Source of the DNA: Podarcis melisellensis
Lineage: Eukaryota
Reading direction: 5' to 3' (one strand)
Assembly (NCBI GenBank): GCA_964234715.1
Contig: OZ174289.1
DNA length: 64,000 nt
The notes beneath the pieces were generated by a model. It did not search any database and had not been told where the DNA came from. It saw only the letters and a list, made by a program, of their open reading frames with translations. Position 1 is the stretch's first letter, and each line of letters starts with the position of its first letter. The position numbers were made by a program, and so were the translations under genes. This document shows positions 1 to 12,817 of the stretch, piece after piece.

Positions 1-410
1 TCTTCCCCGTAGCAATTTGTCACAACTTTGGCGGTTTAAGGCCTTGGGCGGAATCCTTTAGTCTTTTCTTCCCTGAAATGGGGGGAGAGCTGAAGTGGTG
101 ACTCACCCCCCGTGGCGGCAATTCCAGGGTCCCCTCTTAAGGGGGTTGTAATATGGGTGTCTCTGGCCATACACTGAAAGATATGAACTCCCCTGCATGC
201 AGGAATATGGGCTGGGCTGCCTGCTACACTTACATCTCACAGAGCACCCCCATATCCCATTCACCCTGAGGAGCCCCAGTTCCCCCTGGCTAGTGGACTG
301 GGAGGGATACATGCCCAAGGCCTAAGCCAAGGTCTTCCTACATTTGAAAGTTTAATAAAGTTGTGGCCAAAATTTTAATTCCATAACATGTTGTCATGAG
401 TCATTCTTCA
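1..410 (+). mobile_element. Terminal fragment of an LTR/DIRS-like retroelement (cut by window start)
   Basis: GC-richer segment ending in AATAAAGTTGTGGCC and a U5-like tail, resembling squamate DIRS/LTR ends as I recall them; no coding domain visible. Confidence 0.3.
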
Positions 411-1266
411 TTCTGGTGGTCCTTGGGGGCCGGGGGGGGGGGGGCTTTGCCTGGTCATGCACATGCTACTATTAAAATCAGGAAAATTTACAAAATATCC
501 CCAACTTCTGAATGCATTCCTTGTCATAGTGTGAAGGGATTCCCTTAGAGTAGTGGTGGGGAAGCTGCGCAGTAAGCTTAGCAGAGGGCAATGCAAGCAC
601 TCAGTATCAGCCCTGTACTTTGCAAATGTTGACATTCACCACAACCCTGATCAACCCCACTTCCCTTTCTGTAAAGTTGCATGGAGCTCTCAGTTCCCAT
701 GCTCTTTGAATTCAAAACTTGCAGCTCCAGAAATGGAGGAAAATCAAGTTATCAAGTGAAAACCCTCTTGATCCTCAGCTAGGGTATTTTTTCAGAACTG
801 CTGCATCTTTAGCTGTGACCATTTAAATCAATGGGCATGTGGACTCTCCATTGATTTGGAAAGTCAGAGTTCACAACTTGGCAGCTCAAAAAGAAAAAGG
901 AAAAAGGCTGATGGAGCAAACATCCAGTTTTTGCAAGCATATCCTTTCAGCCACTTGTAAGAGCACTCAATATTTTGTGAGCATTTGAAGGAAGTGCTCT
1001 CTCACACACATCCTGCCATTTTTTTTTGGGGGGGGGAGCTGCACATCCCTTGTTAATGCACCCTTATCCCCAATTCAGTTCATAATTATTCTCCATGCTT
1101 GAGTGCCTCACTAAAATAAAACAAAAAAATATTTTAATGTGTGAGTTTTGTGGGGCTGCAACTTTACTTGGGCGTTTGGGAACAAGTGACCAAAACGTGT
1201 GTTTGAAGGGAGAGTGAGGTCACATGTTGCACGCAACTTGGCCATTCCCAAGGCTATTCAAACACT

Positions 1267-1392
1267 CAGGGTGTGTCTGCAATGCAGCAGTCTGCTGAAT
1301 GCATGTCCAGTGCCCCAAATGAAATGAAATCTTTAGTGCACAGTGCAGCTTGTGCTTGTTCAGCAGGGTGCACCACTGCAGACATGCCCCTG
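1267..1392. mobile_element. Degenerate palindromic MITE
   Basis: About 33-bp imperfect inverted arms: cagggtgtgtctgcaatgcagcagtctgctgaa and ttcagcagggtgcaccactgcagacatgcccctg. Confidence 0.4.
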
Positions 1393-1508
1393 GTTGAGAA
1401 TTTTGGTGAGGGTTATGGCATGGGATGAGATGAAGAAGGAATGTTAAGCAAGTGCAGGGCTACTATCCAGGCTCCTGCGCTAATAGCCATGTGTTCCTCA
1501 CACCCAAA

Positions 1509-1543
1509 TGTGTGTGTGTGTGTGCGCGCGTGCGTGCGTGTGT
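1509..1543. repeat. Alternating purine-pyrimidine (TG)n/(CG)n tract, Z-DNA prone
   Basis: tgtgtgtgtgtgtgtgcgcgcgtgcgtgcgtgtgt read directly. Confidence 0.85.
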
Positions 1544-3004
1544 TAGCATGCTTGTGATTACAAGCCATAAATCTGTTTGTATTGTGCTCTGAGATTAAAT
1601 GTACATCATATGTCCTGAGAAGAGGTCTGGTTGCAGTTTCTCCAGAAATGGGGACTGTCATTTCTGTAACTTATCCAATTAATGGTTTCATTTCACTATT
1701 TGCTTTTCTGTTAAATCTGTCATAAGACAATATGGACTTAGCGCTGATACGAAATGATATGAGTCATCTGTAGATTATTACTGACAAGTGCTAGACTTTT
1801 ATTCATTTGGTTGGATTCACTATTCATCTGTGGTCCTCCTGGCATTGTCACATAGTTGACCTTTTTGCCTTACACTGTAAAGATTATTCCTTCTTCTTTG
1901 TGCACATAGGCTCTATATTCCTACCCACGTAGGTGACAATTTCATGCATCTGGTGAAGTGGTTGCCCATGAAAGATGTGCAGCAATCTATTTGGAAGAAA
2001 GTAAAAGCAGCCATGCTGGTCCATAAAAAAAATACTTCTGAAATTTACAATTTGACAATAGCTTTATTAGGACTAACCAAAATGCTGCAAGATGTGGCAC
2101 AAGTTTGAAGTAGATGTACTGGTGGGGTGGTGGTGAAGTAAAATAAATAAGATGCTGTACCTTGAAATCTTCAGGTCTGCATTTATACTTAGTCTACAGA
2201 CAGAGATTGTAGGTCCGCTTTTTCCAACCTGGTGCCCTCCGGTTGTTATGCACCACATTTCCCATCTGATAGGCGCCAGGTTGCTGACTTCTGTTTCAGA
2301 CTGCTCTAAACTGAATGTGTTATCTGTAATGTGCTTGCAGATACCAGCTTAAACTAGGATTCTGAAGTAAAGAGTCATTCGCTTATCCCATCTTTTTTAA
2401 TTAAATGAATTTGTTAGGACTTATACCATTTTCAACTGCATCTTTTTAAATTAAATGATTTTGTTAGTCTTTCAAGGTTCTAACTATGTGGCAAGATCAG
2501 CTATAATCTTAGGCGAAAACACAAAATATATAGCTCTAGAGTTGTATATTGGCCATACTCAGAGGAGACCTATCAAAAGGAATGGGCATGGTGAATTTCA
2601 TTGGGTCTACTCATGAGTAAATCTTGGTTGGATACAATTCATTGTAAATGGTGTGTGTAAGAATGGGTATAATGTACTAAAATACCTGTTTACTTCACAC
2701 TGACAAATAACCCTTGTTTCCTTATCTTAATATATAACACATTGAACGCCTTAACTATATACATTTATCTTCACCACAAACCCAGGCCACGGAAAACACA
2801 CTAATCTAGCTCATTAAAGAAACCAACCAGCATTTATTTAATGAAGAAAAGTACCTGAGTAAGTGTATTAGTTGATAGTATTGTGCAGGAACTGCAGTAT
2901 CATGTAGATATAAGGAGATATGAACTGCACCTGGTCATTGCAATCTTGACCACTGAAAGCGTATTTAAATTAAATCAAATTGATATTAATTAAGTAATTA
3001 ATAC

Positions 3005-3175
3005 ATTTATATTCTACCTTTGCTCCAAGGAGCAAGGTGGCATCCATGATTTTTCCTCCATTTTGTCCTGGGAGGTAGGTTAGGCTGAGAGATGGTGATT
3101 GGCCCTGTGAACTTTGTGACCAAGAGGGGATTTGAACTTTGGTCTCCCAGATCCTAACCCATCACACCACATGTA
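3005..3175 (-). mobile_element. Old tRNA-derived (MIR/CORE-like) SINE
   Basis: Diverged match to the younger copies at 44702 and 57617 (ggctgagaga..gtga.tggccc..gaac..ggtctccc); similar remnants at about 21165-21290 and 53490-53700. Confidence 0.5.
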
Positions 3176-3596
3176 TTTGCTGGTCATAAGTAACACACTG
3201 AAGATGGGGAGAGGAGGCTTTTAAAATCACTCTTCAGTGTGAGCAATGTGGAAGGTGTATGTTTGCTGTTGCTGTGACAACTAGATTTTATTTTTACTTC
3301 ATTTGCAGGTGGGGGGGGGAGATAGGAAGAAATCTCTAACAAACAAACAAACAAAATGGAGAAGCAACATGTATGAAAACTGCTGCTGGGTGCATTAAGC
3401 ATAAAGAGCCATAAAACTAGGGCACCAGCATGCCCAGATCAATAAAAATGAATTATGCTTATGTAATAATATAATGAAATGAAGATGTGTGGTTTGTAGA
3501 CATGTGGCAAGAATAGAAATCCTTACCAGATCTGAAGCTTTTGTTTCACATTCCAGAAGCTGCATTTGTTATGTGTTAATTGGGGATGGGATGATC

Positions 3597-4391
3597 CATT
3601 GCTTTCCAAAGTAGGTGGTACCACTCCCTTGGGGTGGTGGGATTACCTAGGAGGAAGCGCTGAGAGCAAAGGGGCAATGGGTATGCTGGAAGTGACTATC
3701 AGTCATTGGAAAGCTGGCATCACGTTAATTCAATTTTGTCAAATTAATTAAACCATTTTTTTTAAAAAAAACATTTTAATTGGTTTTTAACCTACAAAAT
3801 TATAAAACATACCACACAATTTATCACAAATACATTCTTATTGGACTTCATTCAGCACCTCTGATAATCCTCTGTCTTAATCACTTCTTATGCATTTCCT
3901 AACTTAATATTGCCTTTACATCTCTTAACATATCACGTCTCCTTCTCCATTTTTGCAATATTTCTAATATTATTCCTCACAGAACTTCTTACAAACCTAC
4001 AAACGTCGTCTGGTCGTCACAAATACTTTTCAAATAATCCGTAAATTTACTCCAGTCCTCAGTAAACTTCTGGTCCCACCGGTTTCGGATCCTTCCCGTT
4101 AGTTTATCAAGTTCCGCATAGTCCATTAATTTCATCCTCCATTCTTCCAACGTTGGTAATTCTTCTTGCTTCCATTTTTGGGCCAATAGTATTCTTGCTG
4201 CTGTTACTGCATATAAAAAAGCTTACATTCCTTTCTATTTATATCGTTTCCAACAATACCCAAGAGAAATGCTTCTAGTTTCTTTATAAATGTATATTTC
4301 AACATTTTCCCCCCAACTCATTATATATCATCTCTGGCAATGCGTTTTGGATTCAGGATGGTGGTGGCCTGGACAAGTTTGGGAACAACTG
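3597..4391. mobile_element. hAT-like MITE split by an L1 insertion
   Basis: Ends cattgctttccaaa and tttgggaacaactg are degenerate CAGTG.TTCCCAAA-type TIRs; no clean TSD. Confidence 0.4.
3764..4333 (-). mobile_element. L1 LINE, 5'-truncated (ORF2 C-terminus, 3' UTR, polyA)
   Basis: ORF 3989-4186 AQKWKQEELPTLEEWRMKLMDYAELDKLT..FTEDWSKFTDYL resembles the squamate L1 ORF2 C-terminus; T-rich tail at about 3764-3790. Confidence 0.85.
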
Positions 4392-4419
4392 GGTTAATAT
4401 ACTGATTTTTGTTTCTCTC

Positions 4420-4781
4420 ATTCTCTCCCCCCACCCCATCTTGAATTCAGTTTTCTATATTTCCACAGAAGTTTGTGATTTATTTTTAGTCCTCATGAAA
4501 ATTCATACTACATTTTTGTTCAGTTTTGCCCAGTATGCAGACTCCCCTAATGTAATGCATTTCCCTGTGCTATTTTCGCCAGTATATGCATTTTTATGCA
4601 CATTAACCTGACTAAATACATTTTTGCAAACATTGCATGGCTGGAGAACTGCACTGAAAAATTCAGGGAAGTGTGGCTTTTGAAGGATACCTTTGCTTTG
4701 CTTTGCTTCTTGTCTTGGAAAGTGTGAATAAAGTAAATTTGCCTTTAAATGCAAACTGAACCAAATTTTCTGTGCCATCCA
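4420..4781. mobile_element. Interspersed AT-rich repeat, probable non-autonomous DNA transposon
   Basis: Motifs such as atgcatttttatgcac and gaactgcactgaaaattc recur at about 5090-5270, 39555-39670 and 43790-43985. Confidence 0.4.
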
Positions 4782-5912
4782 TTTAACATGCCATTTAACA
4801 ATGCTGTTAAAAATTAAAGATTAGCATAGATTGGTTTGAGAATTTCAATGTCACTCACTTCTTCAGCTACAGGCTGCACTTACTTTTTATCCTCTCACAT
4901 GATTTTCTTTCGCCTTTCAGATCCCTCACTGTTGCTTTCTCTCTTCCGCTCTTTGCCAGTTCTGAGTATCTCTTTCCTAGCATGGCTTCCTTTTTTTCTT
5001 TGCCCTCCAGCTTTCTCACGCCCCAAACCTCAGAACTGACCCAAGAGATTTTGCTGCCTGAGTTAAATGACAAGATGGTGCCCGCTACAGATGGACAAAT
5101 CTTGGTTTCTCTCCATTTCTCACATTTTTAATCTTAAGCTCCTTTCACTACATCTCTGCATCAGTTTACTTAAAAGAAAAATATGCAAATTTTACTCAGC
5201 GTTTTACTGAAAAGTTCTCCCAATATACATATGTCTGTATGCCATTTTGCATAAAATACCCATTTTTTTAAAGAATGGAATGTGCTTATCTCCCACATTG
5301 ATCACAATTGCTATCCCCATATAGCAAACTGGAGGCATAAGGCTTGCCAGAAGTGTGGCTTGCTTGAAGCCATTTACTGAGTTCATGGCAGTGGAGGTTA
5401 AATTCAAAGCAACTTTTTCCTGACTCATAGCTCAATCTTCAAGCCATTACACTATACAAGGTCTTTGGGGTTAATGGCTTCTGTGCATTTCTACATAGGT
5501 GTAAAGCAGAAAGCATGCTGATCCTTAATTTTTTACAATGAAATGTATCTCCTGCTTCCCTTCAGCTGTAGGTCAGCAGGTGGTGGAGGAAGAAGAAACT
5601 CTGCACAAATGGAAAACAAAAGTGAATTCTGGGGAAAATGCACATGAGCAGCATCATAATGAGAGTAATTTTTTTAAAAGAAAGCCTCAAACAGAATATG
5701 GAGTAGTTCTCTCTTGCAATCTTAGTGAGTTAGAACCTGAGGACTAATTTAAAAGTAAAGTTGAGAAAGGACCTGCAAGGCAGGTAATATATCTCATAAA
5801 TCTGAAGCCTGCCTCTCCTGCTAAGCATGTCTACTGAAAAGTAAGGCCCACTAAGCTCACATTGGCAAATGGAATCTTCCACCTTGTTCCAACTGGTTTT
5901 CCAAGTGGAATA

Positions 5913-6274
5913 CCGTATTGGTCTGAATATAAGCCACACCTTTCCCCCCAAATTCCGACTGTGAAAAGTGCGGCTTATATTTGCGACCTTACACTGCCGG
6001 CAAAGTGGTGTGGCTCCCCGTCCCCCGGAAGCAGCCCAGGAGTGCAGGGCAATGGTGTCCAGCCTGCTGGAACTCCCAAACCTCCCCCAAGCCGCCAGAA
6101 AGAAGGGGAAGGCCGCCTGCAAAACAGTGTGGCTCCCCCCCCCCCAGGAAACAGCCCGGGAGTGCAGGAGAATGGTACCCATAGTCGGATATTGTCTTTT
6201 TTTTCCTACCCCCCCCCCTGAATTTTAAAGATGTGGCTTATTTGCGGGTGCGGCTTATATTCAGGCCAATATGG
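5913..6274. mobile_element. Tc1/mariner-superfamily (pogo/Tc2-like) MITE
   Basis: About 28-bp TIRs ccgtattggtctgaatataagccacacc and ggtgcggcttatattcaggccaatatgg; TA TSD at 5911-5912 and 6275-6276; internal repeated GC-rich unit. Confidence 0.85.
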
Positions 6275-6788
6275 TAAATAAGTGTTGTTGCCAATCCATC
6301 TTTACTTATATACTTGAAAATTCTGCAAAAGCAGCAGCTATGGAGATAAGGAGAAAAAAATTATGTCATTTTCTTCAAATGAGTCAATAGATCAAGTGAC
6401 ATGAGAGCAGAAATATCAAACTGACAGAACAAAGGAAGGATCTGAGTCAAATAAAGGTACAGGAGAATAGGAAAAGCATAGGCTTATAGGAAGCCGGAGA
6501 GTAGCGGTCAGATATTTTTTGTTTTGTTTTGTTACTATCTCTTTAAAATACTATCTCTGCTCCTGTACAGAGACATATGAGACAATTTCCACACAGCAAC
6601 AAGAAACTTTAATTAATCTCTAATTAGGCCCATGAGCTTGGTGAACAAAGGCAGAGATTCTTGAAAAGTGAAAAACAACCCAAAAGGTACAATTTATGGT
6701 TTTTCCAGAGACTCACACAATTTTAATTAAAAATCCCCAATACCTAAAGTGCTGTATCTAGACCAATTAAAGTAGAACAATGTGTGGA

Positions 6789-6797
6789 ACACACACA

Positions 6798-6849
<52 letters not shown>
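6789..6849. repeat. Compound (CA)n(GA)n microsatellite
   Basis: Read directly. Confidence 0.95.
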
Positions 6850-6852
<3 letters not shown>

Positions 6853-6900
6853 AGTTCAGATAAAACTATCATGTTTTGATCATAGGCACACCTCTAGTCC

Positions 6901-7204
6901 TCCATTCTTAAGGAAATCAGCCCTGAGTGCTCACTGGAAGGACAGATCATGAAGCTGAGGCTGCAAGACTTTGGCCACCTCATGAGAAGAGAAGACTCCC
7001 TGGAAAAGACCCTGATGTTGGGCAAGATGGAGGGCACAAGGAGAAGGGGACGACAGAGGACGAGATGGTGGGACAGTGTTCTCCAAGCTACCAGCATGAG
7101 TTTGACCAAACTGCGGGAAGCAGTGGAAGACAGGAGTGCCTGGCGTGCTCTGGTCCATGGGGTCACGAGGAGTCGGACACGACTAAACAACAACAACAAC
7201 AACA
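6901..7204 (+). mobile_element. BovB (RTE) LINE 3' fragment
   Basis: KLRLQDFGHLMRREDSLEKTLMLGKMEGTRRRGRQR..AWRALVHGVTRSRTRL; (CAA)n tail; TSD ctctagtcc at 6892-6900 and 7206-7214. Confidence 0.97.
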
Positions 7205-7205
7205 T

Positions 7206-7600
7206 CTCTAGTCCAGCATCCTATTCTGACAGTAGCCAGCCAGATGACTCATTGGAAGTCCGCAAGCAGGACATGAACTCAACAGGAAAGCTTGTCACTT
7301 GGAATTGCCAATCACAGGTATTCAGAAGAGTACTGCCTCCCACAGCAGAAGCAGAACAAAGCCATGGTGGCATCACCTTATCTTTCTGCACTTGTATCCA
7401 AAACAACAACAACAGTGTTATAAAAACCTAAGAAGAGCCTGCTGCCATCTAGATCAGCATCCTATTCTCGTAATGGTCAGCTACTGAAGTCTGAAACTAG
7501 GACCACCAGCAGCAACTCTCCCCAATTGTGATTCCCAGCAACTGGTATTCAGAAGTATACTGCCTCCATCAGGGAAGGTAAAACATAGTCATCATGGTCA
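7206..7600 (-). mobile_element. Two CR1 LINE 3'-end fragments
   Basis: ctagtccagcatcct, cagcaactggtattcagaag and tactgcctcc match the reverse complement of the CR1 3' UTR seen at 9415-9540 and 12818-13110. Confidence 0.6.
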
Positions 7601-8229
7601 CTGTGGCAGAATGTTCATGGGACTCAGTGCAACTCAGCAGTACAATATCCTTTTTGCAGTGAGGAAACCAGAACCACGCATGGTATGGCAAGTGTGGGCT
7701 TGTCATAGAGCTTTAGAACTACATTATGATATCAACAGTTTTATTTTAAACCCCTTTTTGTAATGTTGCCTGGCATGGAATTGGCCTTTGTCATGGGTTT
7801 GTTTGCTGAATGTCAGAAAAGGTCATTTAGTTCAAGCTTTTGATGGACCTTGGACAAAGAACTGTTGCATTACTACAACAGCTAAAGAGAGAAAGCCATT
7901 GGAAAAAGAAAATACATGTGATACAAACACACACACTCTCTCTCTCCTACACACTGTATATAACTAGGTTGCCAAACTAAACGACTGTCTCCTCTGTCTT
8001 TAGTGCCAGTCCAACATGCAGTAATTAAATACAAGTTGCTACAAACAAATGCCAGAAAATATATCTCAGAGATCAGAGGGGACATCTGATATCTTAGGAG
8101 CAGTGTTTTTTCATTTTCATTTTATTGAAACTTTTCTGCATAGAATACAATAAAAACAGATTAAATGAAAATTTAAAAAAGGAAATCAATGGAACTTCAA
8201 GGAAAATGCAGCACAGAAAATAGTAGGAA

Positions 8230-8400
8230 AGGCAGCACATGGAGATCTGCACTGATCATTGCAACACAGCCCTAATTATTACTGCTGTATAGTTATAAGA
8301 TTATTGTATAATCTTAGAAGGGTGTGTGACTGTGAAGAGCAAAGCTGTGATTATCGTGAAGAGAACATGTACTTCCAAATTAGCCAGTACACTAGTAGCT
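8230..8400. mobile_element. Interspersed repeat, second copy at about 19780-19950
   Basis: Shared catggagatctg..tgcaa..attattgtata..cttagaaggg.tgtg.ctgtg. Confidence 0.45.
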
Positions 8401-9414
8401 GTAGTCCAACAGCATCTGGAGGGCCCCAGTTTGGGAAAGAATTGGCTAGAGAGAAGGTCCTCTCTGGCGTCCTTCAAGAGATTCTTCATGCAGCCTTATC
8501 CCTTATGCTTTCAGTGACATACCTTATCCTGGGCATCCTTTCCAATAACTGAGGTGGGGTGGGAATCAGAAAATCTGTGTCATGTCACATGATTGATTTA
8601 CCTTGGATAAGTTGCCTTTTCTCAGGGCCTCTCTAGCTATACCTTTCTTTGATTTGCATCCTGTCTCAAAGGTGTCTTGATAATAGTCCAGCATCACATC
8701 TTCCACAGCTGAAGTCTAATTGCATGTGATGCCTCGAACCACAAGGCTGTTTCCCCCTCTCCAACAACAGCTGTTTGATGGGGAAGTTGAAAAAGAAGGC
8801 GACAGAGGCCAAGCGCCAGAAGCAACAGCATTGCGCACTTGAGGAGGTTGCAATGGAGGGGGAATGCCAAGGGGGTGGAAGGATGAAACAAACTCTCCTG
8901 AGACAGATGGAATTTCCAGGCATAATGAGGTAACATGAGGACACACTGAGTCAGAACACTGTGCTGCTCTCCTTCGGAAGCATGAAAGGAGACTTCCGTC
9001 TGCTCGAGTTGGTCTTGTTTCTCTGAATTTTCACCATTGTCACCTGCTGCCGCACACACACCTTGGCATTGAGAGGATACTGAAAGCAATTTAGCTCTTC
9101 TTCTGTTGTTTTTCCCCTCTGAATTATTGATCACTTTAAATCTCTTAGATAATGTTCTCTGAAAAGGAGAGGAAAGGGAGGAGACAGATCTTTGATGATT
9201 CTCCCCCCCCCCCCCGCTCTACTTGCTGGATTGCCATTCATGCAGAGAAACTGCAGCAATGTTCAAGAAAAGTTGGGACTCTTCATTCATTATCTTTTAG
9301 TATAAGTCATCTTAAGAGGTAGGACACTGTTCATTCTTAGAGCACATGCTTTACATGCACATCTGTGCCAGATTCAGTTCCATACCATATCCAAATAACT
9401 GAAGCATTATGCAT

Positions 9415-9540
9415 AGATGGCTTTAACATGGGATTAGACAAATTCATGGAGAAGACAGCTACCAATGGCTACTAATCATGATAGCTATGCTCTGCCTTCA
9501 TGGTTGGAGGCAGTAATGCTTCTCAATACCAGTTCCTGGA
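9415..9540 (+). mobile_element. CR1 LINE 3' fragment
   Basis: gatggcttt..ggattagacaaattcatgga (DGF..GLDKFM end of CR1 ORF2) followed by 3' UTR. Confidence 0.7.
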
Positions 9541-12500
9541 CCTCAATTTTCTGTTTTTTGCATCCGGGGGGTTGGAGAGGTGGGGTATTATGGAAGACAC
9601 CATCTCTAAATCAGGTCAAATGTATTTGCATATAGTCATCTGACTAGTATGAAGCAAAAAAAGGTTGACAGTATAAAAGGAACAACAAAGGTTACCTCTC
9701 AGATACAAATAAAATAATGCACATAATAAGAGATGTAATATTTTGTTAAAGTGTTGGACTAAAACATGGGAGACCACTATTGAGTTCCAAACCAATAATG
9801 TAGGAACTTTCACCACTTTTTAACTAAGTTTTACTGCATGTGCAACTTTTTCCTAAATGTTGTATGGAAAAGTATATGAATCAGACCTTTGGAGAGTTTG
9901 CAAGTAAACCATTTTTAACTTACCAAACATGTATTTTTGTATGTTAAGGGGAAGAGGAAAACTTTGGAACTCACTTTAAAGAGTATATTATAGTCTGTAT
10001 TCCCACACTTTCCTTTGCTTATCATGTGACTTTAAATCTATGTTGGGGTTCTCTCACCTAAGAGTAATTATCCCAAACCTGGATCTTGGCATCTGGGGAA
10101 TTCTCCTTCTTTATCTATTTCTTCCTGCACCAACATGAGGGATATAGCATTGGGAGGATCCTGAGGGCCTGACAGGCTCTCTACTGCCTTAGTTCAACCC
10201 CATCACATGTGAGATGTTGCCTGGCCATAATTACAGACCAAACCTAGTGATGAATTTTGGCATCAGAGTATTATGATATTGTTATTCTACAGTACCTGTT
10301 ACCTAGAATCATTTTCCTGTGATCACTTTGTGTGATATGACTTTGCTTCCTTTTTATTTAAGAAGACATATTCTTGCCATGTGTTTTTGAGTCACTCTGT
10401 GTGTGTGCTATCCATTCATAATATATATTTGTAATGTATCAATTCGTAATGTATTTTTGTCAGTGTTTGTCCTTTGATGCTATGGCCTGTCGGCTACGTA
10501 AATAAAGTCTATTCATTCATCCATAATGTGCATCTGGCACATTGCATTTTGGGAAAATAAAGGAATTGGCCACAAATGCAGATGCAAATGCCCCTAAAAT
10601 GGAAGACTCAAGTTGTGGTTAGTGGCCTTCACTCACCACCACCAGTACCACCAGTGTTAACCCTGACATTTGCCTGACCATATTTGTGGTGGTACCAGAG
10701 GTTTTCTGCAAACATGGAGCCTTGTAATCTAAGTGCAGCCATAGAGATGGTGCTTTCCCATTTCACAATTCTGCAACCAATGGGAGAAGGTGGGCTAGCT
10801 CATATGAGAAACCCTATCTGTATTGGCATTCCCCCAGCTTTTGAAGAGACTCCAGTTTAGATTGGCATTCCTTCTCCATCTGGGTCTTCTGTTTTATTTT
10901 TTATTTTTTTAATGAGATTCTTTCATTTCATATTTTATTATGGGTGCTTACATTTAATGCTTTATGGTGTATTTTAATTACAAAAAAAATCTATTAACAT
11001 TTTTGTAATTGTCCTGTATACTTGTAAACTACTGGGAAGCTGTTTTCACAATGTGAAATATGAATTTATTATCATTATCATGTTTGATATCATCTTCCTT
11101 GACACAGGTGCCAACTCACAAACATCAATGTATACATGGACACTGCAGCACATATGCAGTTCCCTTGGAGTAGTTTTGCTTGTAGTGTACTGAGCCAGAG
11201 AACAGTGTCATGCTAGAGAGGCAGTCAAGAGTGCAGACAGGATCCTATAGCTGTAGCTAGACTACAATGCACTGCCTTCACTTCCCATTGCTTGTGCAGG
11301 AGCTTAACCTTCTTAATGTAATTGTGATGAGAAATTGATTCAAACACAAGGTTTGCTGCATTTTTCCTTGCTCCTAATGCCACCCACCCAAAACAGCGGT
11401 AAACACTCTGGAGAGAAATATACAGTATTCCTCAGTGCACATTAAAGCCATATCATAGAAGTTGTTGACACCATTCTTCCAGAGACCTTGTGAAACTTCA
11501 GAGCCAATCACTTCCCTCACCATATGTATTATTTCTGACCTTCAAATATGTTTAAACTCTAAGTTCCATTTATTTCCCTCATCCTTTGCTTCAAAGCAAT
11601 ACTAGGTGTGTGTGTGCGCACGCGTTACTGACTCCTCTGCTAAGCTAGCCTTGCAGAAAGTTGTCTCCTGGGAAACCAAGCTGAAACTGAAATTTCAACT
11701 CACTGCTTCCTTCGCTCAGCTGCCTGACCCTCAAGGAGGTCTCAACTTTAAAGCTTAATTGGAATTCCTTTTCCTATGGTGAGAGCAGAACAGCGAAAGA
11801 GCCTAAAGATCATGGCTTGAAAGGGTAAGCACAGTTGGTAACTGTAGTCTCATGGGGATGGGAAATGCGCCTCAGTGCAGAGAGGGCGAAAAAGATGCAT
11901 TGCACCCCCCCCCAAATCCCTGGCAATATACCTGAACTCTGTCCACCCCCTTCATAATTTCTGGCATTTTCCTATTTATATATACATTCCACATTGTTGT
12001 GCATTAGTTCTCCCTCTTAATTTTTTCCACAAATATTATGTTGACCGAAAGCAAAGGAAATAGCTCTAAAACTGCAAATGGCCCAGCAGCTGAGTTCATA
12101 TGAAGACTGCAGTATGAAAGTGAAATCAAGACGATTTCTCTTCAGGCTCTCTGAAACAGAAAGTGCCGTTGAGATGACACATTTGATTTCTGCAGGGAAG
12201 GCACCAATTGACTGTTCCAGCCCCCTGACATTCCCACTTGGCTCGAGTTAACATACTCAAAGTGGCATGTACAGTACTGCGGAACAAAAGCAAAACAAAA
12301 TGTTCAGGAAGCCCCAGTTAAACTGGGAGAGGAGAGCTGACCCACACAGCTACGTCAAGGTGCAGAATTCATGTTCATTGCTAGGTTCAGAATAAGTACA
12401 AAGAAAATGATGGCAGCAGTAACCAAAGTAGTGCTTTCCAGAGGTTGTTGGACTCCAACACCTGTCATCCCTAGCCATTGTCAGTGCTGGCTGGGACTAA

Positions 12501-12817
12501 TGAGAATTGAGCCCAACAACATCTGGAGTCCAATAACATCTGGAGTCTCCTCTTGATGTGAAGGAATTGGCTGTCAGTGCTGCTTTGTTTCAACCACAGC
12601 AGAATTGGACTGAACATAGGCAAGAATGTTGTTAGGGTTCCAAATCAGGCAGCACATACTTCAGACTAAGGTTGGACTTGTTTTTCAGCTCCAATTTCCT
12701 GAAAATATTATCCCACTGTGAAAATGGAGTTTACATTTTTACCACTGTCTTGCAGGGAAAGCAGTGCTTTCCCTTTTGCAGGGAGGGATTGTCACTTCTT
12801 TAACTGTGGGGTTTAGG

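Noticed and set aside
2389-2468. Short direct duplication; also 18-bp x2 at 30036-30071 and about 21-bp x2 near 57317-57355
   Set aside because: Ordinary slippage duplications with no further structure.
5730-6228. Several overlapping proline-rich ORFs
   Set aside because: Explained by the GC-rich interior of the pogo/Tc2-like MITE.
10247-10320. C/D snoRNA candidate from a GTGATGA box (also near 57869)
   Set aside because: No properly placed CTGA D box or terminal stem.
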